Shown piece by piece: positions 43,747 through 55,103 of a stretch of DNA of 64,000 nucleotides. Below the pieces are notes generated by a model that was given only the letters and a program-made list of their open reading frames with translations, made no database searches and was not told the origin of the DNA. The DNA comes from Epithemia pelagica (Eukaryota > Protista > Bacillariophyta). Location: NCBI GenBank assembly GCA_946965045.2, contig OX337228.1, positions 6,200,001 to 6,264,000 on the forward strand, in the 5' to 3' direction. How positions within the stretch are numbered: the first letter of the stretch is position 1; each line of letters starts with the position of its first letter. A program made the position numbers and the translations under genes.

Positions 43747-45753
43747 TCAGATATGATCTCCCCAAATGGGAAGAGACCTTGCACTAATGTTTCTGTTATG
43801 ATTCCCCAGTGATGCGGATGCGGATGCGTCGCTTTCTTTCCGTCCGAGGAAGGGTTCTCCCACAAACGAGTGTTGCGACTCTCGGAAACCACCACCGCGC
43901 ATTGGCTCAAACTTGATGACAGTGTGCATTGGAACTTCTATCGACATGCAATTCTCGACAGGAGTGTTCCTGAAATATGCCATTAGGCACTGTAGGATAC
44001 TGACGTGACTTACAACGAGAGTTGGAATCACTTGCTGCTCCATGTCAATGACAATACTCGTCAACCGTCGAATCAAATCTCGGTAGCATTCTCCACCAGG
44101 AAACCTTTACAAGTGTGAGCGTACGGTGAGTATCGGATTGGCAAGAAACTTCTTTCCCTTTCATCTGAGACTACCTACCTTGTTCCGTAAGGATCGTCTT
44201 CCAGTGCCTTATAAAACTCAGGATTCTTCTCTCGGATTTCTTCCAACTCCATACCAACGTAATCACCTTTATCAAGTGGGTTCAAATTGGACATTTGGGT
44301 GATACTGATGTTGCGGTTATCATCCCAGACAACCGTATCCAATGCACGTGGCATCGTGCTCGTTAGTACTCTGAGGGGGAACGACCAACAATCAGGGTCG
44401 TCAGACGAAAGAGTGTTCCCTTCCTGTTCGTTGTCAGTTGTTTCTGATGGATAGTTGTATCGAACTTTCTCGATACCAGAAATCGATGTACCAGTATCAG
44501 TTTGGTCCTGTACCGATGCACGCCTGTTTAAAAAGAGTTGTACTTCCTCAATCATGAAGTCAAGAAGCTCCGCCTTGAACTTTTTGCCACTTGGGCCCAA
44601 CGTATCACCGCGCATGATCCTCTTTCGTGTCCTTGTCGAAATATCCAGAAACCGAGGGTCCTTGGTATCAATCGAAGGGTTATTACGATGAACGTAGTCT
44701 TCGCCGTCGGTAGCAAGGCCGGATATGGTTTCGCCTGGTCGAACGAGAAAGATTGGTCTGCTGCCTATATGCCACGCCATGAGCGCTGGCACCAGGTATT
44801 TGGCCATTCTTCCATAAATGTGATTAACGAGTAATTTGGTCGACAGATTGTAAACCTTGATGTACGAGAGAGCATCATCTGTAATTGTTTGATATTGCTC
44901 CTCGTATTTCACCACACGCTTCATCAAATCTTCCATACTCTCTTCAAACGACATCCCCTGAAAATCAGGACTGTTCGATACTTTGAATTTGTAATTTTCC
45001 ATCAAGAGTTCTTTGTCATCGCATATACTTTCCACAAAAACAACGCCTGTGGTTTTCCCTTGTCGTTTAACAGGGGAGGTGCACTCCTCGAGAATCCACT
45101 GTCGCCTCTTGTGGGTCGAGTTGGTCGCATCAAATATAGCAATCCGTTCGTTTTGACGAAAGCCTGAATCAAAACCCTCGCCATCAGAAGAAAAGTGAGT
45201 TGAATCGTCTACATCCTCTTCTTCCACTTCATCAAGCCATCTTAACATATCACGAAGCGCAGTCTCGGCGACCTGCTCACGCAATGTGGCCGCAAACTTG
45301 TTATTAGCGTCAAAGAAATCCGCATCGCAAGCTCCCTGATTATCACGTTCCGTATGTTTACCACTCGACGCCATTTGAAGACTCGCGTACGCTTCCCGAC
45401 GATAACTTCCGACGTTAAAGATCTTACACCGCACGCCGCTCCAATTAAGATAATGTTTCATTTTTCGAGCTACGAAAGATTTTCCTCTTGCCGGCAGGCC
45501 TACCAGCGCAATCACCAAGCGAGAGGACGTCTTGGTAAGTATCCTTCTCTGTAAATTCCCAGCATAAAATAGAATACGGATTGCACATTGAGTTCGCCGT
45601 GCCATGCATAACTACGTGCATTACACTGCATCTCGTAGAGCAACTTACAGCTTCCAGCCTCTTCAACGTTAGCGGTGTCTCAGTTGCCAGTTCAGTGGAC
45701 CCATTGACGTAGTATGTACCAGCCCCAGTACCTGAAGCATCGGCATTCGTCAT
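43747..45753 (-). CDS. PFKFB: 6-phosphofructo-2-kinase/fructose-2,6-bisphosphatase family; exons 45753-45649, 45548-44179, 44104-43747
   Basis: LVGLPARGKS, FNVGSYRR, IFDATNST, FVESICDD, LNPLDKGDY.GM, R|FPGGECYRDLIRR, VVSHVSILQCLMAYF. Confidence 0.92.
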
Positions 45754-46199
45754 GTTAGTAATAACTTTCTTGTCGAGGGATTAATAACGACTGCAATGGA
45801 ACGTTGTTTGTCGTTGTCGCTTTTCTTTGCTTGTTTCTGATACAGTCAGGAGTCAGAACTCTGTCTGGCCAAAGCAAAAGAAGATGTGTTGTGTCAAATG
45901 CATGAAGTAAGAAGAAGGAATCTTGGCAGCGTGGAACTTCTGCCCTAAGATTTTCGCAATCTTTTTTCCACACCGCGCGCGCTCAACAGCCCCAAATTCC
46001 TCGCACTGTTGGACGCGAGCAGTGCCCCACCAGACGAAAGATGTTTCATCGCGTATAATTTGCATGCCATCTGCTCGAATCCGATGGCCGATCTTGGATC
46101 TTGATTAAAATTAGACACAACAAAAGGAGTCGATTGGTTTCGTTGACGAGATCACGGAGAATATCAAGGCTGTTGACGTGTTTATCATTGATAACAAGG

Positions 46200-47212
46200 A
46201 TGAGAATACTATCTCAAGCGAGAGGGATGGTTCGCTCTGGTCTTCGGGAGTTCCAGATCCAGAGCAATATTGAGCGCCAGAGATTGCCCTCCACTCCTAT
46301 GGTTGTTCGACATATGGGCACGTGGCCCAAGGTGAGACCGAAACGTATTCGAATGATTACGTGTGATGTGACGGGGACGTTGGTTTCCTTTCGAGGAAGT
46401 TTGGAGGATCATTACCTGGGATCAGCCAAGAAAATTGGAGTTGACCTAGACGGCAATGCTCCGATTGGGAAAGCGTTTGGTCAAGCCTACAAAGAAATGA
46501 GCAAGAAGTATCCTTGTTTTGGTGGGAGCGAAATCTCGGCGAAAGAGTGGTGGAAACAGACTGTTCTTCGATCATTTGAATTGGCAGGAGCCTTGAACAT
46601 GACCGAGAAACAACAAGATGCCTTGTTTCAACGAATCTATTCCATCTTTGGTAGTTTGCGCGCCTACGAAAAATTTGAAGATACGCTGTCATTTCTCAAC
46701 TTTATGGGTCGGCACCATGTTGTCTGTGGTATTTTGAGTAATGCGGACGATCGCTACGGTGACTCCATCCTCCCCATGTTGGGCGTCACCCATGATGAAC
46801 TGCATTTCCAGTGCTTCTCCAAGGACTACGGATTCGAGAAACCAGATCAGAGATTTTTCAAGGCCGCCTTACAGCAGGCGGGTCCCTATTTGCCCAATCC
46901 AAAAGACCCTCTCATTCCTGGACATTGCTTACACATTGGCAACGGTACGAGTTTAGATGGACTCCTCTGGTTTGATGTTGTTGTCTTTTTGTCTCGGCCT
47001 CATCTTACATGTGTTTGTCCTTGTTTCATTTGCTCACAGACTACACCAAAGATTTTGAAGGCGCTCGCCGAGCTGGAATGCACGCGATTCTTCTTGATCG
47101 ATACAATGAGGAAGAGTTGGCGGCAGAGTGGCAACGGAGAGGAGCGATTGTCTTTAAAGACTTGATGGATGTCGTTCTATGGTTAGGTCAAAGCGACTGC
47201 AAGCTTGGCTAG
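46200..47212 (+). CDS. HAD-like hydrolase (HDHD3/REG-2-like); exons 46200-46944, 47040-47212
   Basis: ITCDVTGTL (motif I), ILSNAD (II), EKPD (III), HIGN|DYTKDFEGARRAG (IV across the splice). Confidence 0.88.
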
Positions 47213-47952
47213 AGACGAGATGTCATGATATAGGCCATTCAAAGTCAGTTTTCTTGGTATCTCTCTTTCTTTCTACTCCTATTGTCTATGGCGCCACCAT
47301 CCAATCAACGTAGGAGTAATTGCTACCGCGATTGGAATGACTAATCACTTTGTTTCCACTCTAGCTCGCAGTCCGATATCCGATGGAAAATGGAAGACAT
47401 GGTGATGTATTCTGTTTCTTCGCGGGTCTTCCTTTTACGACACGCTATAATAGACTTCTACGAGCTTCTTCCTTGTACACGTCACGAAGCGCATACTGTC
47501 CGTTGAACTCTCAAGCGCGGCTGAATATTTTTCGACTGATATAAAATCTGAAAAATTCTGAACTTTGACGATGAGGCGTATTCGTCGATTCTGTTCTTTT
47601 CCGATAAGATATTGCTGCGACACCAGCTCTTCGGATGTTCGTGCAATAATTTTTTCGAAACTTCCTTCGCCCCACCACCCACCAGCTCCCACCAACCGCT
47701 GGCTTCCCAACAAGCAAAAGGATTCTCGTCAGATTTGCACTTGTGCCGCCATCGCCCGTCTCTATTCCACTGTCCCCACTGTGTATATTACGCGTCACAG
47801 TGTGTATCCATCATACGATCTCGTTTGGTTTGGCCGTATCGGCTGCACTCGTTATTGGGAAAGAGGAGTCACCGAGAAGAACAAGAGAGAGAGAGCGGGT
47901 GTTGGGCATTCGGGATTCGGGAGAGCGGCGGAGGATCGTTGCGGGCGGAAGC

Positions 47953-50895
47953 ATGAACGGGGATTTCATGCACGATGCGAATCCCAGCGGGAGCGTCGTA
48001 GAGTATGAATATTCGAACGGAGTGCAGGTATCGTTGGAAGATACAAGCAAGCCGGAAGAAGACGAAGAGGAGATGGTTGTATCAGACTCGAAAGCTAGTA
48101 TTTCGGACCCTTTGAACGATGAAATCCGGAGCTCCAAAAGTCTGAGCTTCAGTTTGGCTTCCGAACCGGCGGTACCACCATCCACTGCACAATTTACATT
48201 ACCGCGACACTCTCGAGAAAGCGTTCTTCAACGTCTCTCCGAAGCGCTACTTCGAAGATCTTTGACCAAGGTGAGGGTCTTGCGCATTATCCATCATGTG
48301 GTGATGGTTGATTTTGAAGCAAAAGTAAACCTGTTGTTGTCTGACCGTTTGTGAATGACTGTTATTCTTGTCTCGGCACTGTCTGTGTGTATTGCGTAGA
48401 TTGACTTGTCTCAACGTGGTTTGCAAGGGTCGGATGCACGCTTGGTCAGAATGGCATTACTCCAGAATGCACATTTAACCGTACTGAAACTTGGTTACAA
48501 TAACTTGGAGAATTACGGTGCTTGCCAACTGGCGGATGGGATACGACAGCATGAGTCTCTTCAGTCACTCGATCTGGGTTTCAATAACATTGGGGATGAA
48601 GGATGCATCGCTTTAGCAAACGCTCTACAATCTGCTGCTTCCTCGTCGTGTCCACCACTGCGAACCCTTTATTTGGCAGGCAACCTGATTGGACAAGATG
48701 GCGCCATGAGCTTGGCGGATGCGATTCGTCGGGGAAGTTGCTTACAAAAACTCTACTTGACTGGGAATCGGCTGGGGGCAGAGGGGGTGTGTGCCATCAC
48801 CGAAGCCATTGAAGAGAGTGAACGAAGACTGGCCGATGGAGCGAACCATACGAACAACAACACCCAATCCAGTCAAGGAAGAACCAATGTTAATGGAAGG
48901 AGACCCATTTATGAAGAGGGTTTGGCAGGAGACATGAACATGGCCAATTGGGGTATGGAAGAACTATTCTTGGGTGGTACTGCCATGGGCTCGCAAGGAT
49001 GTCGGGCCGTGGCTCGTTTGTTGCGAGTCAGCTCCCATTTGCGAGTCGTTTCCTTGCCCAATTGTGATTTGACCGATGACGATGTTGCGGAACTGTCGAC
49101 TGGTTTGAAGGCAAACCGGGACAAATTGCCATTGCAATCCTTGCAATTATCTTTCAATCAAATCACATCCAAGGGAGTGGAGCACGTGGTGAATGCTATA
49201 TGGGGATCAACCTCGCTCAAAGAACTCTTGATTGACAACAATGAAATATCGGATCGTGGTGCACAGCAACTTGCAACCGTTCTTCCGTTTGTAGAAAATC
49301 TGGAGCAAATTGATGTGGGCTTCAATGGAATGAAATCAGTAGGGATGAAACTGTTCATGACAGCTGTGGCTGAGACCAAACGTCTCAAAACACTCTCCTT
49401 GTCTGGAAATACATTGGATTCCAGTTCGGCCAAGGCCATTGCCTATGCATTGGCAACCAACAAGTCTCTCGTCTCGCTTAACCTCGTCCATTGTTCGACG
49501 GACCAAACGGTACTTCGACAAATTGCAGCAGGTATTGTTTCCAACAGCAAAATCGCGGTACGAGACCTAATTGGATTTCAATTAGGTCCGCTGGTCGTGA
49601 GCCTGGGGTTTCCTCCCGTACTGGGACACTATACCAATGAGCAGGTATTGAATTTTCTGCATACCATGTGGGAAAAATTTGGAAACTCGGTCGGTGATAG
49701 TGATATGCCATCGGAAGAAGAACAGAGTCTTGATCCACTTCACTTTTTGCCTGGAAATGATACCAGCTCGAGGTTCCCGCCCTTGCCCGCTTCGACAGTG
49801 CTCGAGGTGGCAAAGAAAGCCTTTGATTCTCTTGTGCAAGAGGGTCATGATGTTTTCTCTCGTCGACCAGGGCATCCACAGGAAAACTCATTGGCGTCGT
49901 CGTCGCCGTTTTTTCGGAATCGCACCTTTGTCATGGAACCTTCCAATGGGATGGATGATGAACCAAATCAACAGCATCAAGACGAGGACGAAACATCATC
50001 TTCTTCGGTCGAACCAAACAGTATACCTTCCAGCAACGCACGAAGTTTTGTGGCGGCTCCTGAAATGTCCACCACAAGCACAACCGAAGATTCACTTCCA
50101 GACCCTGAGAGAAAGAAGCGCGTGGTGGAATGGCTGTGCAACAACATTAAAAACTTGAACAAACTAGCGCACCAACCATTTAGTTCCGCCGAGCTTTGGA
50201 GACTGCATCAACACTACTTTACGCCCGTGGTGAATGAGAGTGGTGGTTCCGTGTCGCATCACCACGCCGGTGCGGTTCGACAGCAACAGCAACAACAAGC
50301 ATTCATAAATATGGCAGAACCTGGAAACAACTTTGCAGTGTCCAGTGTACCCGAAGTGTCGAGAGCGAGTTCGTCTGAAAACCCCTCTGATGATGCCATT
50401 GCCTCACGAGATGATGTGGGACCAATCAGTGACCCATCCCTGAAGCAATCACCAACTGCACTGGGCTCGTTTTCCATGCTGAAGCGAAAAGTATCATATC
50501 GATTTCTTGGTGACGCGGCCCTGTCGTTTCCGACGGCAGGACCTGAAAACCAACGCTCAAACAGCGTCCAGACTCCCAAACAAAGTAGTCACCAGGTCCT
50601 GTTTTCCATATCGTCTGCAACCGGCCAAGCCGCGTCTTCCATGCCTCGCAAAACGAAACGAGCACGACGCAACCGGAGCAGAATATCATTTCTTCCTCGT
50701 ATCAAATCAAAACTCGAATCGCAATTGGATGTTTGTCACGAAAAAGCACTGGTTGTAATGCGGCAACTGTTTTACGTGGAACAAGCACTTCTGAGAGGTG
50801 AAGTTAATCCAATTGACCCTTCCAGTACGACAAGAACGCACTTATCGGCTGATTTTGCATTGGATGCTGAGATGATTATTATGGATATGATATAA
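47953..50895 (+). CDS. Ribonuclease-inhibitor-like leucine-rich repeat protein; exons 47953-48270, 48400-50895
   Basis: About 10 LxxLxLxxNxIxxxG repeats (LTVLKLGYNNL, LQSLDLGFNNIGDEG, LRTLYLAGNLIGQDG...). The start codon is uncertain. Confidence 0.85.
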
Positions 50896-51214
50896 CATAG
50901 AATATATACATAAACCATTCACTTGTACAAAGAACCGCACAAAAATGTTTTGCTCCTATGTTTCCTTTTTCAAGTTTGTCATTCTAGAGCAGTATCCTCC
51001 TCTAGCAACAGTCCTCCGAGCTCCTTTGGAGACATAGACAACATAGTTGTTGTCTCTCTCCTCCGCAAAAATCTAGCACCATTTTTTTACCACACGACGC
51101 AAACACGCAACTCGAATGAACTCAATGCTATACAGCGGTCTCCTTTGTCGCTAAAGTTGGTTGTCGTCTTCTCCTTACGGTGAATTTGTAGGACCAGCAA
51201 TTGAAGACGGAGGC

Positions 51215-52297
51215 ATGGGCAATAATGTCATCCAGGATGATGCAAACGGGAATCATCATCATTATTCTTCATCCGTTGTTCCAACGGATTTGGGTGACGA
51301 TACAAAGTTGAATCTTACAGAGCTTGAGGAGGAAAACATGCATCTTAAGTCAAGACTGTTGGCCATCCGAATGCAGAGAGAAAAGTTGAGAGATATTCGA
51401 GAAAAGACGGCACATGCCGAAGCATCATTGGAGCGTCTTATCAACAACTCTCGGCACGAACAAAACGAGGCTTTCAATGACCTGCAGTCGGCCATTGCCG
51501 ATCGAACATTCAAAGAACACCAGCTGAGCAACATGCGAAAATGGATGCCTCTGAATGATTGCTTCTTTATCGGAACTCAAGGAACTTTTGGTACAATCAA
51601 TGGTCTTCGACTAGGGGCAGAAGCCGTTGTGGAGAATTTTGACAACATGAGACTACTGCCAGCAACTAGTGGAGGTGCCAAGTCAGGTGCTGATCATCAG
51701 AGAACATCGAATGGTAGAAGGAATGTTAGCTCTAATGATTTGTCGCGAGGGGTGAATGGTGGTGAAGGGCTAGTACCAGACGTTGTATCAATGAAAGTTC
51801 CATGGTCTGAGATCAATTCTGCTCTGGGGCAGCTCGCCTTGCTGCTGTCCATCATTGAATCAACTCCGAATGGTGGGATTCACTATCGACATGAGATATT
51901 GTGCTGTGGAAGTACCAGCAAAGTCGGAATAAGAAGAAATGGAAGTAGCTCAGTGGCCTACTACAATCTGTTCTCGGATGACAGTTTCCAGTTCTTTGGA
52001 CGTCGTAATTTCAATACGGCGCTTCAGTCTTTGTTACAATGTGTCTTGGACGCAGCCGAACAGATACGAGACAAAGATCCCACCATTACACTTCCTCATC
52101 CTATTGAGCAAGTGGCAGCTCGTGGAGAACTTACAGTTGGTGGACTGACAGTTGCATATGGGACCGACGGCGTCGCGTGGACTAGGGCTATGAAATACCT
52201 CTTGACGGACGTGAAGCATTTGCTTTTATTTCGCCCTCTTGCCTTGTGGGGTTCGACACAAGAGAGCAGCACTTCGCAGTCTACAACGAGTTCATGA
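51215..52297 (+). CDS. ATG6: Beclin-1/Atg6 (coiled coil + BARA domain)
   Basis: FFIGTQGTFGTINGLRLG, VPWSEINSALGQLALLL, FNTALQSLLQC, LPHPI, WTRAMKYLLTDVK. First in-frame ATG at 51215. Confidence 0.88.
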   Translation: MGNNVIQDDANGNHHHYSSSVVPTDLGDDTKLNLTELEEENMHLKSRLLAIRMQREKLRDIREKTAHAEASLERLINNSRHEQNEAFNDLQSAIADRTFKEHQLSNMRKWMPLNDCFFIGTQGTFGTINGLRLGAEAVVENFDNMRLLPATSGGAKSGADHQRTSNGRRNVSSNDLSRGVNGGEGLVPDVVSMKVPWSEINSALGQLALLLSIIESTPNGGIHYRHEILCCGSTSKVGIRRNGSSSVAYYNLFSDDSFQFFGRRNFNTALQSLLQCVLDAAEQIRDKDPTITLPHPIEQVAARGELTVGGLTVAYGTDGVAWTRAMKYLLTDVKHLLLFRPLALWGSTQESSTSQSTTSS

Positions 52298-54658
52298 TGA
52301 CTGTGTTCTGTTTGGAAGATGATGAGTTTCAACATTTCTGGACCACGATTCGTCCAGTTCATTGGGATCCTTCGGAGTCTTCCCTTCCTCCATCAGCCGT
52401 ACGACGTTCGTGGAGATATATCCGTTCAATGCACATTGATCGAAGAAGAAATTCAACAACCTGACTTTCTCGTGTTCATTTTGGCACAACAAACAGATGC
52501 AATGCATCATAGCTTCATATGCGCTGGATGTGGGCTGGCCATAAACTCCTTGGAGCATCTTTTCCATGGTATCCAAAGCAATTTGCAAAGCTCGGGCGTA
52601 ATCTTCCTGATTCTGACCTCTTACTTTCGCGCAAACGTGGATGAGAATTGTAAGAAGATATACATCTGGTGTCTCCTCATGGTTCATATTAGATCCATCA
52701 GTAGCCTCTTCCATCTCCTTAACCAGCATGGCCGCTTTAACAGCATCGTCTATGGTAATGGATTCGCAATTTTTCCAGGCAGCTAGTACTCCCATATAAG
52801 AAATTAAGTCAGGTTTGATGATGAGTCCTTGTCTGCTGTTGTCTGATACTGGAGGATTCTTCATCTTCTCGAATATTGCCAGAGCATCAGGTGGACCCAT
52901 GGAAGGATCCTTGGCCACGGCCGCAAGAGTTGAGTTGTAGCTAATTCTGTCTGGTTCGAGGGTGGTCGAGGATGACTCCAGCCAAAGAAGCAAATCCAGA
53001 GCGTCAACTCCACGGCCTCGTTTATTTAACCCGTCAAGGAGTATATTGTACGTTACAAGATCTGGTTGTGCATAATTCTTTGCTTGATCAAAGACTTGTC
53101 GAGCACGATCAATGGCATCCGGTCGAATTATCGCACGGATCCAACACGATATTACGGCATTACATATATTTGTGTCAGGCCTTAGCGTCTCATCTTGTAA
53201 GTCGTCATACATCTGGACAAGTTGCAGCAAGATCGCCTCGGCCTTTTCTGGTGTATCGTATTGTGGCTTTTGCAATCTTGCCCACGCCGTGATGCATGAT
53301 GTGAATGTAATCCGATTCGGTATAACTCCACCCTTTCCCTGGATATGATCCGCAATCATTGCATTTAGAATCACTTGTGCACGGTTCGCTCCTTCTTCGG
53401 TTCCACATTGTGCCCAGGCATCCAATACAAGAGTGAACGATCTCACATTTGGGGGTGATACCAACCAATCCATTTCGTGCCACTGTTGATAAAATCGGAG
53501 AACTTGTTCTGCTTGGCGTGCTCCCTCTCGTCCCAAGCTGGGGTCGACAAAAACTTTGAGAGCCGCATTGCAGACATCCGTCGTTACCAAGAGGTCTTCG
53601 TTGTGACCTTTTTCCCAGGCACGGCCACCTTGACTCTCGATCCATTGTTTTGTCTCTTCGTGAACCTGTTTCGCCTTATGCAACAACTCTAAAACTCGAG
53701 TTCTTGACTCATCCGTTGATCTGCGCGACCATACATTGATCAGGGTCGACCATGTTCGAACATTGGGTACACAACCTTGATAACATTTCTCCGTGTCGTT
53801 GCTGCACGTTCGTTTCCACTGCTCCATTTTGGAAAGAACATTCTCGGCCCTCAAACCGGCATCATCCGCTCCTGACTTTGCCCAGACATTCATGACCATA
53901 TTGAATGTTTTCGTGGTTGGTTCGGGCGGCTTAGGGAACCATCGATGAACGGGTACAATCTTGCGTCGTTGCTGAAGACGTTGGTATCGTAGACATTGGT
54001 CCATCATACGGTCCAACAACTGTTCGGCCGCTTCTGCTGCTCGTAAACGCCCCCCACAGGAGGCATAGGCCTGTAGAACCATTTCGTAAAAGACGGGTCT
54101 GGAGGGAACGAGAATTGTGTGTCGCGCTTTATAGTTTTTGGTTGTGGCAAAACTCCACAGGCGATTCGACTCCAAAGCGTCTAAAACCTCTTGAGCTTGT
54201 TGTGCGGCTTCCAGATTGTCTGCAAGTCTGGATCTGTTCCTTGCTTCGTCAATCCATCTGGATAATATATCATAGCAGACGTCGAGGTGTAAATCCCTGT
54301 CTTTGCGGTTGATTCTCTCAATCAGTCGGTTGGTGTCGATCGAGAGTGAGGATTCTTGCGGCGAATGACCGACCTGCACAACTGCTTCACTCTTTTCACT
54401 ACCACCACCATCATCATCATTCTGAGCTTGAGAGAGCATTGGCATCGTGGTGGAATAGTTGACTTGGGTAGTGAATTGGTGTCTATGGAACAGGTTCATG
54501 AATGGAAAGAAGGGATGTGGACGGTGCTTTACCATGCCGATCCTTGGTAGGAACGAATTCGATGCAACGAAACGACATCGACATTTCGACAGGAGAGATT
54601 GTTTCAATGTTGAAGTTCGTAATAGATGGCATGCCTGTATTGGATGCAACGACGACAT
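52292..54658 (-). CDS. Pentatricopeptide repeat protein, organelle-targeted, single exon
   Basis: Repeated PPR starts PTTKTFNMVMNVWAK, PNVRTWSTLINVW, PNVRSFTLVLDAWAQ, PNRITFTSCITAW, PDLVTYNILLDGL, PDRISYNSTL. Confidence 0.92.
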   Translation of the reverse strand: MSSLHPIQACHLLRTSTLKQSLLSKCRCRFVASNSFLPRIGMVKHRPHPFFPFMNLFHRHQFTTQVNYSTTMPMLSQAQNDDDGGGSEKSEAVVQVGHSPQESSLSIDTNRLIERINRKDRDLHLDVCYDILSRWIDEARNRSRLADNLEAAQQAQEVLDALESNRLWSFATTKNYKARHTILVPSRPVFYEMVLQAYASCGGRLRAAEAAEQLLDRMMDQCLRYQRLQQRRKIVPVHRWFPKPPEPTTKTFNMVMNVWAKSGADDAGLRAENVLSKMEQWKRTCSNDTEKCYQGCVPNVRTWSTLINVWSRRSTDESRTRVLELLHKAKQVHEETKQWIESQGGRAWEKGHNEDLLVTTDVCNAALKVFVDPSLGREGARQAEQVLRFYQQWHEMDWLVSPPNVRSFTLVLDAWAQCGTEEGANRAQVILNAMIADHIQGKGGVIPNRITFTSCITAWARLQKPQYDTPEKAEAILLQLVQMYDDLQDETLRPDTNICNAVISCWIRAIIRPDAIDRARQVFDQAKNYAQPDLVTYNILLDGLNKRGRGVDALDLLLWLESSSTTLEPDRISYNSTLAAVAKDPSMGPPDALAIFEKMKNPPVSDNSRQGLIIKPDLISYMGVLAAWKNCESITIDDAVKAAMLVKEMEEATDGSNMNHEETPDVYLLTILIHVCAKVRGQNQEDYARALQIALDTMEKMLQGVYGQPTSSAYEAMMHCICLLCQNEHEKVRLLNFFFDQCALNGYISTNVVRLMEEGKTPKDPNELDESWSRNVETHHLPNRTQSS

Positions 54659-55103
54659 GACGATCCGTCACCATTGTTTTGTTCTTGACCGTCGCGATTT
54701 CTTAGATCAGAACTTTCAGTTTAGACTTCTGCTCAGTAGAGAAAAGCTACCCTTAGAAAAGCTACCCTTCGTGAATGAACAGTTCAAACGGGAATCACCG
54801 TCATATGTACGGGTCGCGCTTGGGTCCTTTTCCCCATTCCCTTCACGCCACAGCCACAACCCCGTGAAACCCGCAGTCTCACGTGGACTTCATTTGGATT
54901 GCTGCTGCAAGAGACAGAGATCATCCCATAGCGCCAACAAGAGTTTGGGTGTCGGAGACTGACTTTGGAACCACAGTGTTCCTGAATCATTATTGTAAGG
55001 TAGAGCTATCTGGCGCCTCATGGATCAGCCATTTGTAAATTAATCTAGAGCTCACTGTTATCTTTCGCCTTCTCCCTAGGATATCTCGTGGCAAACGACA
55101 AGA

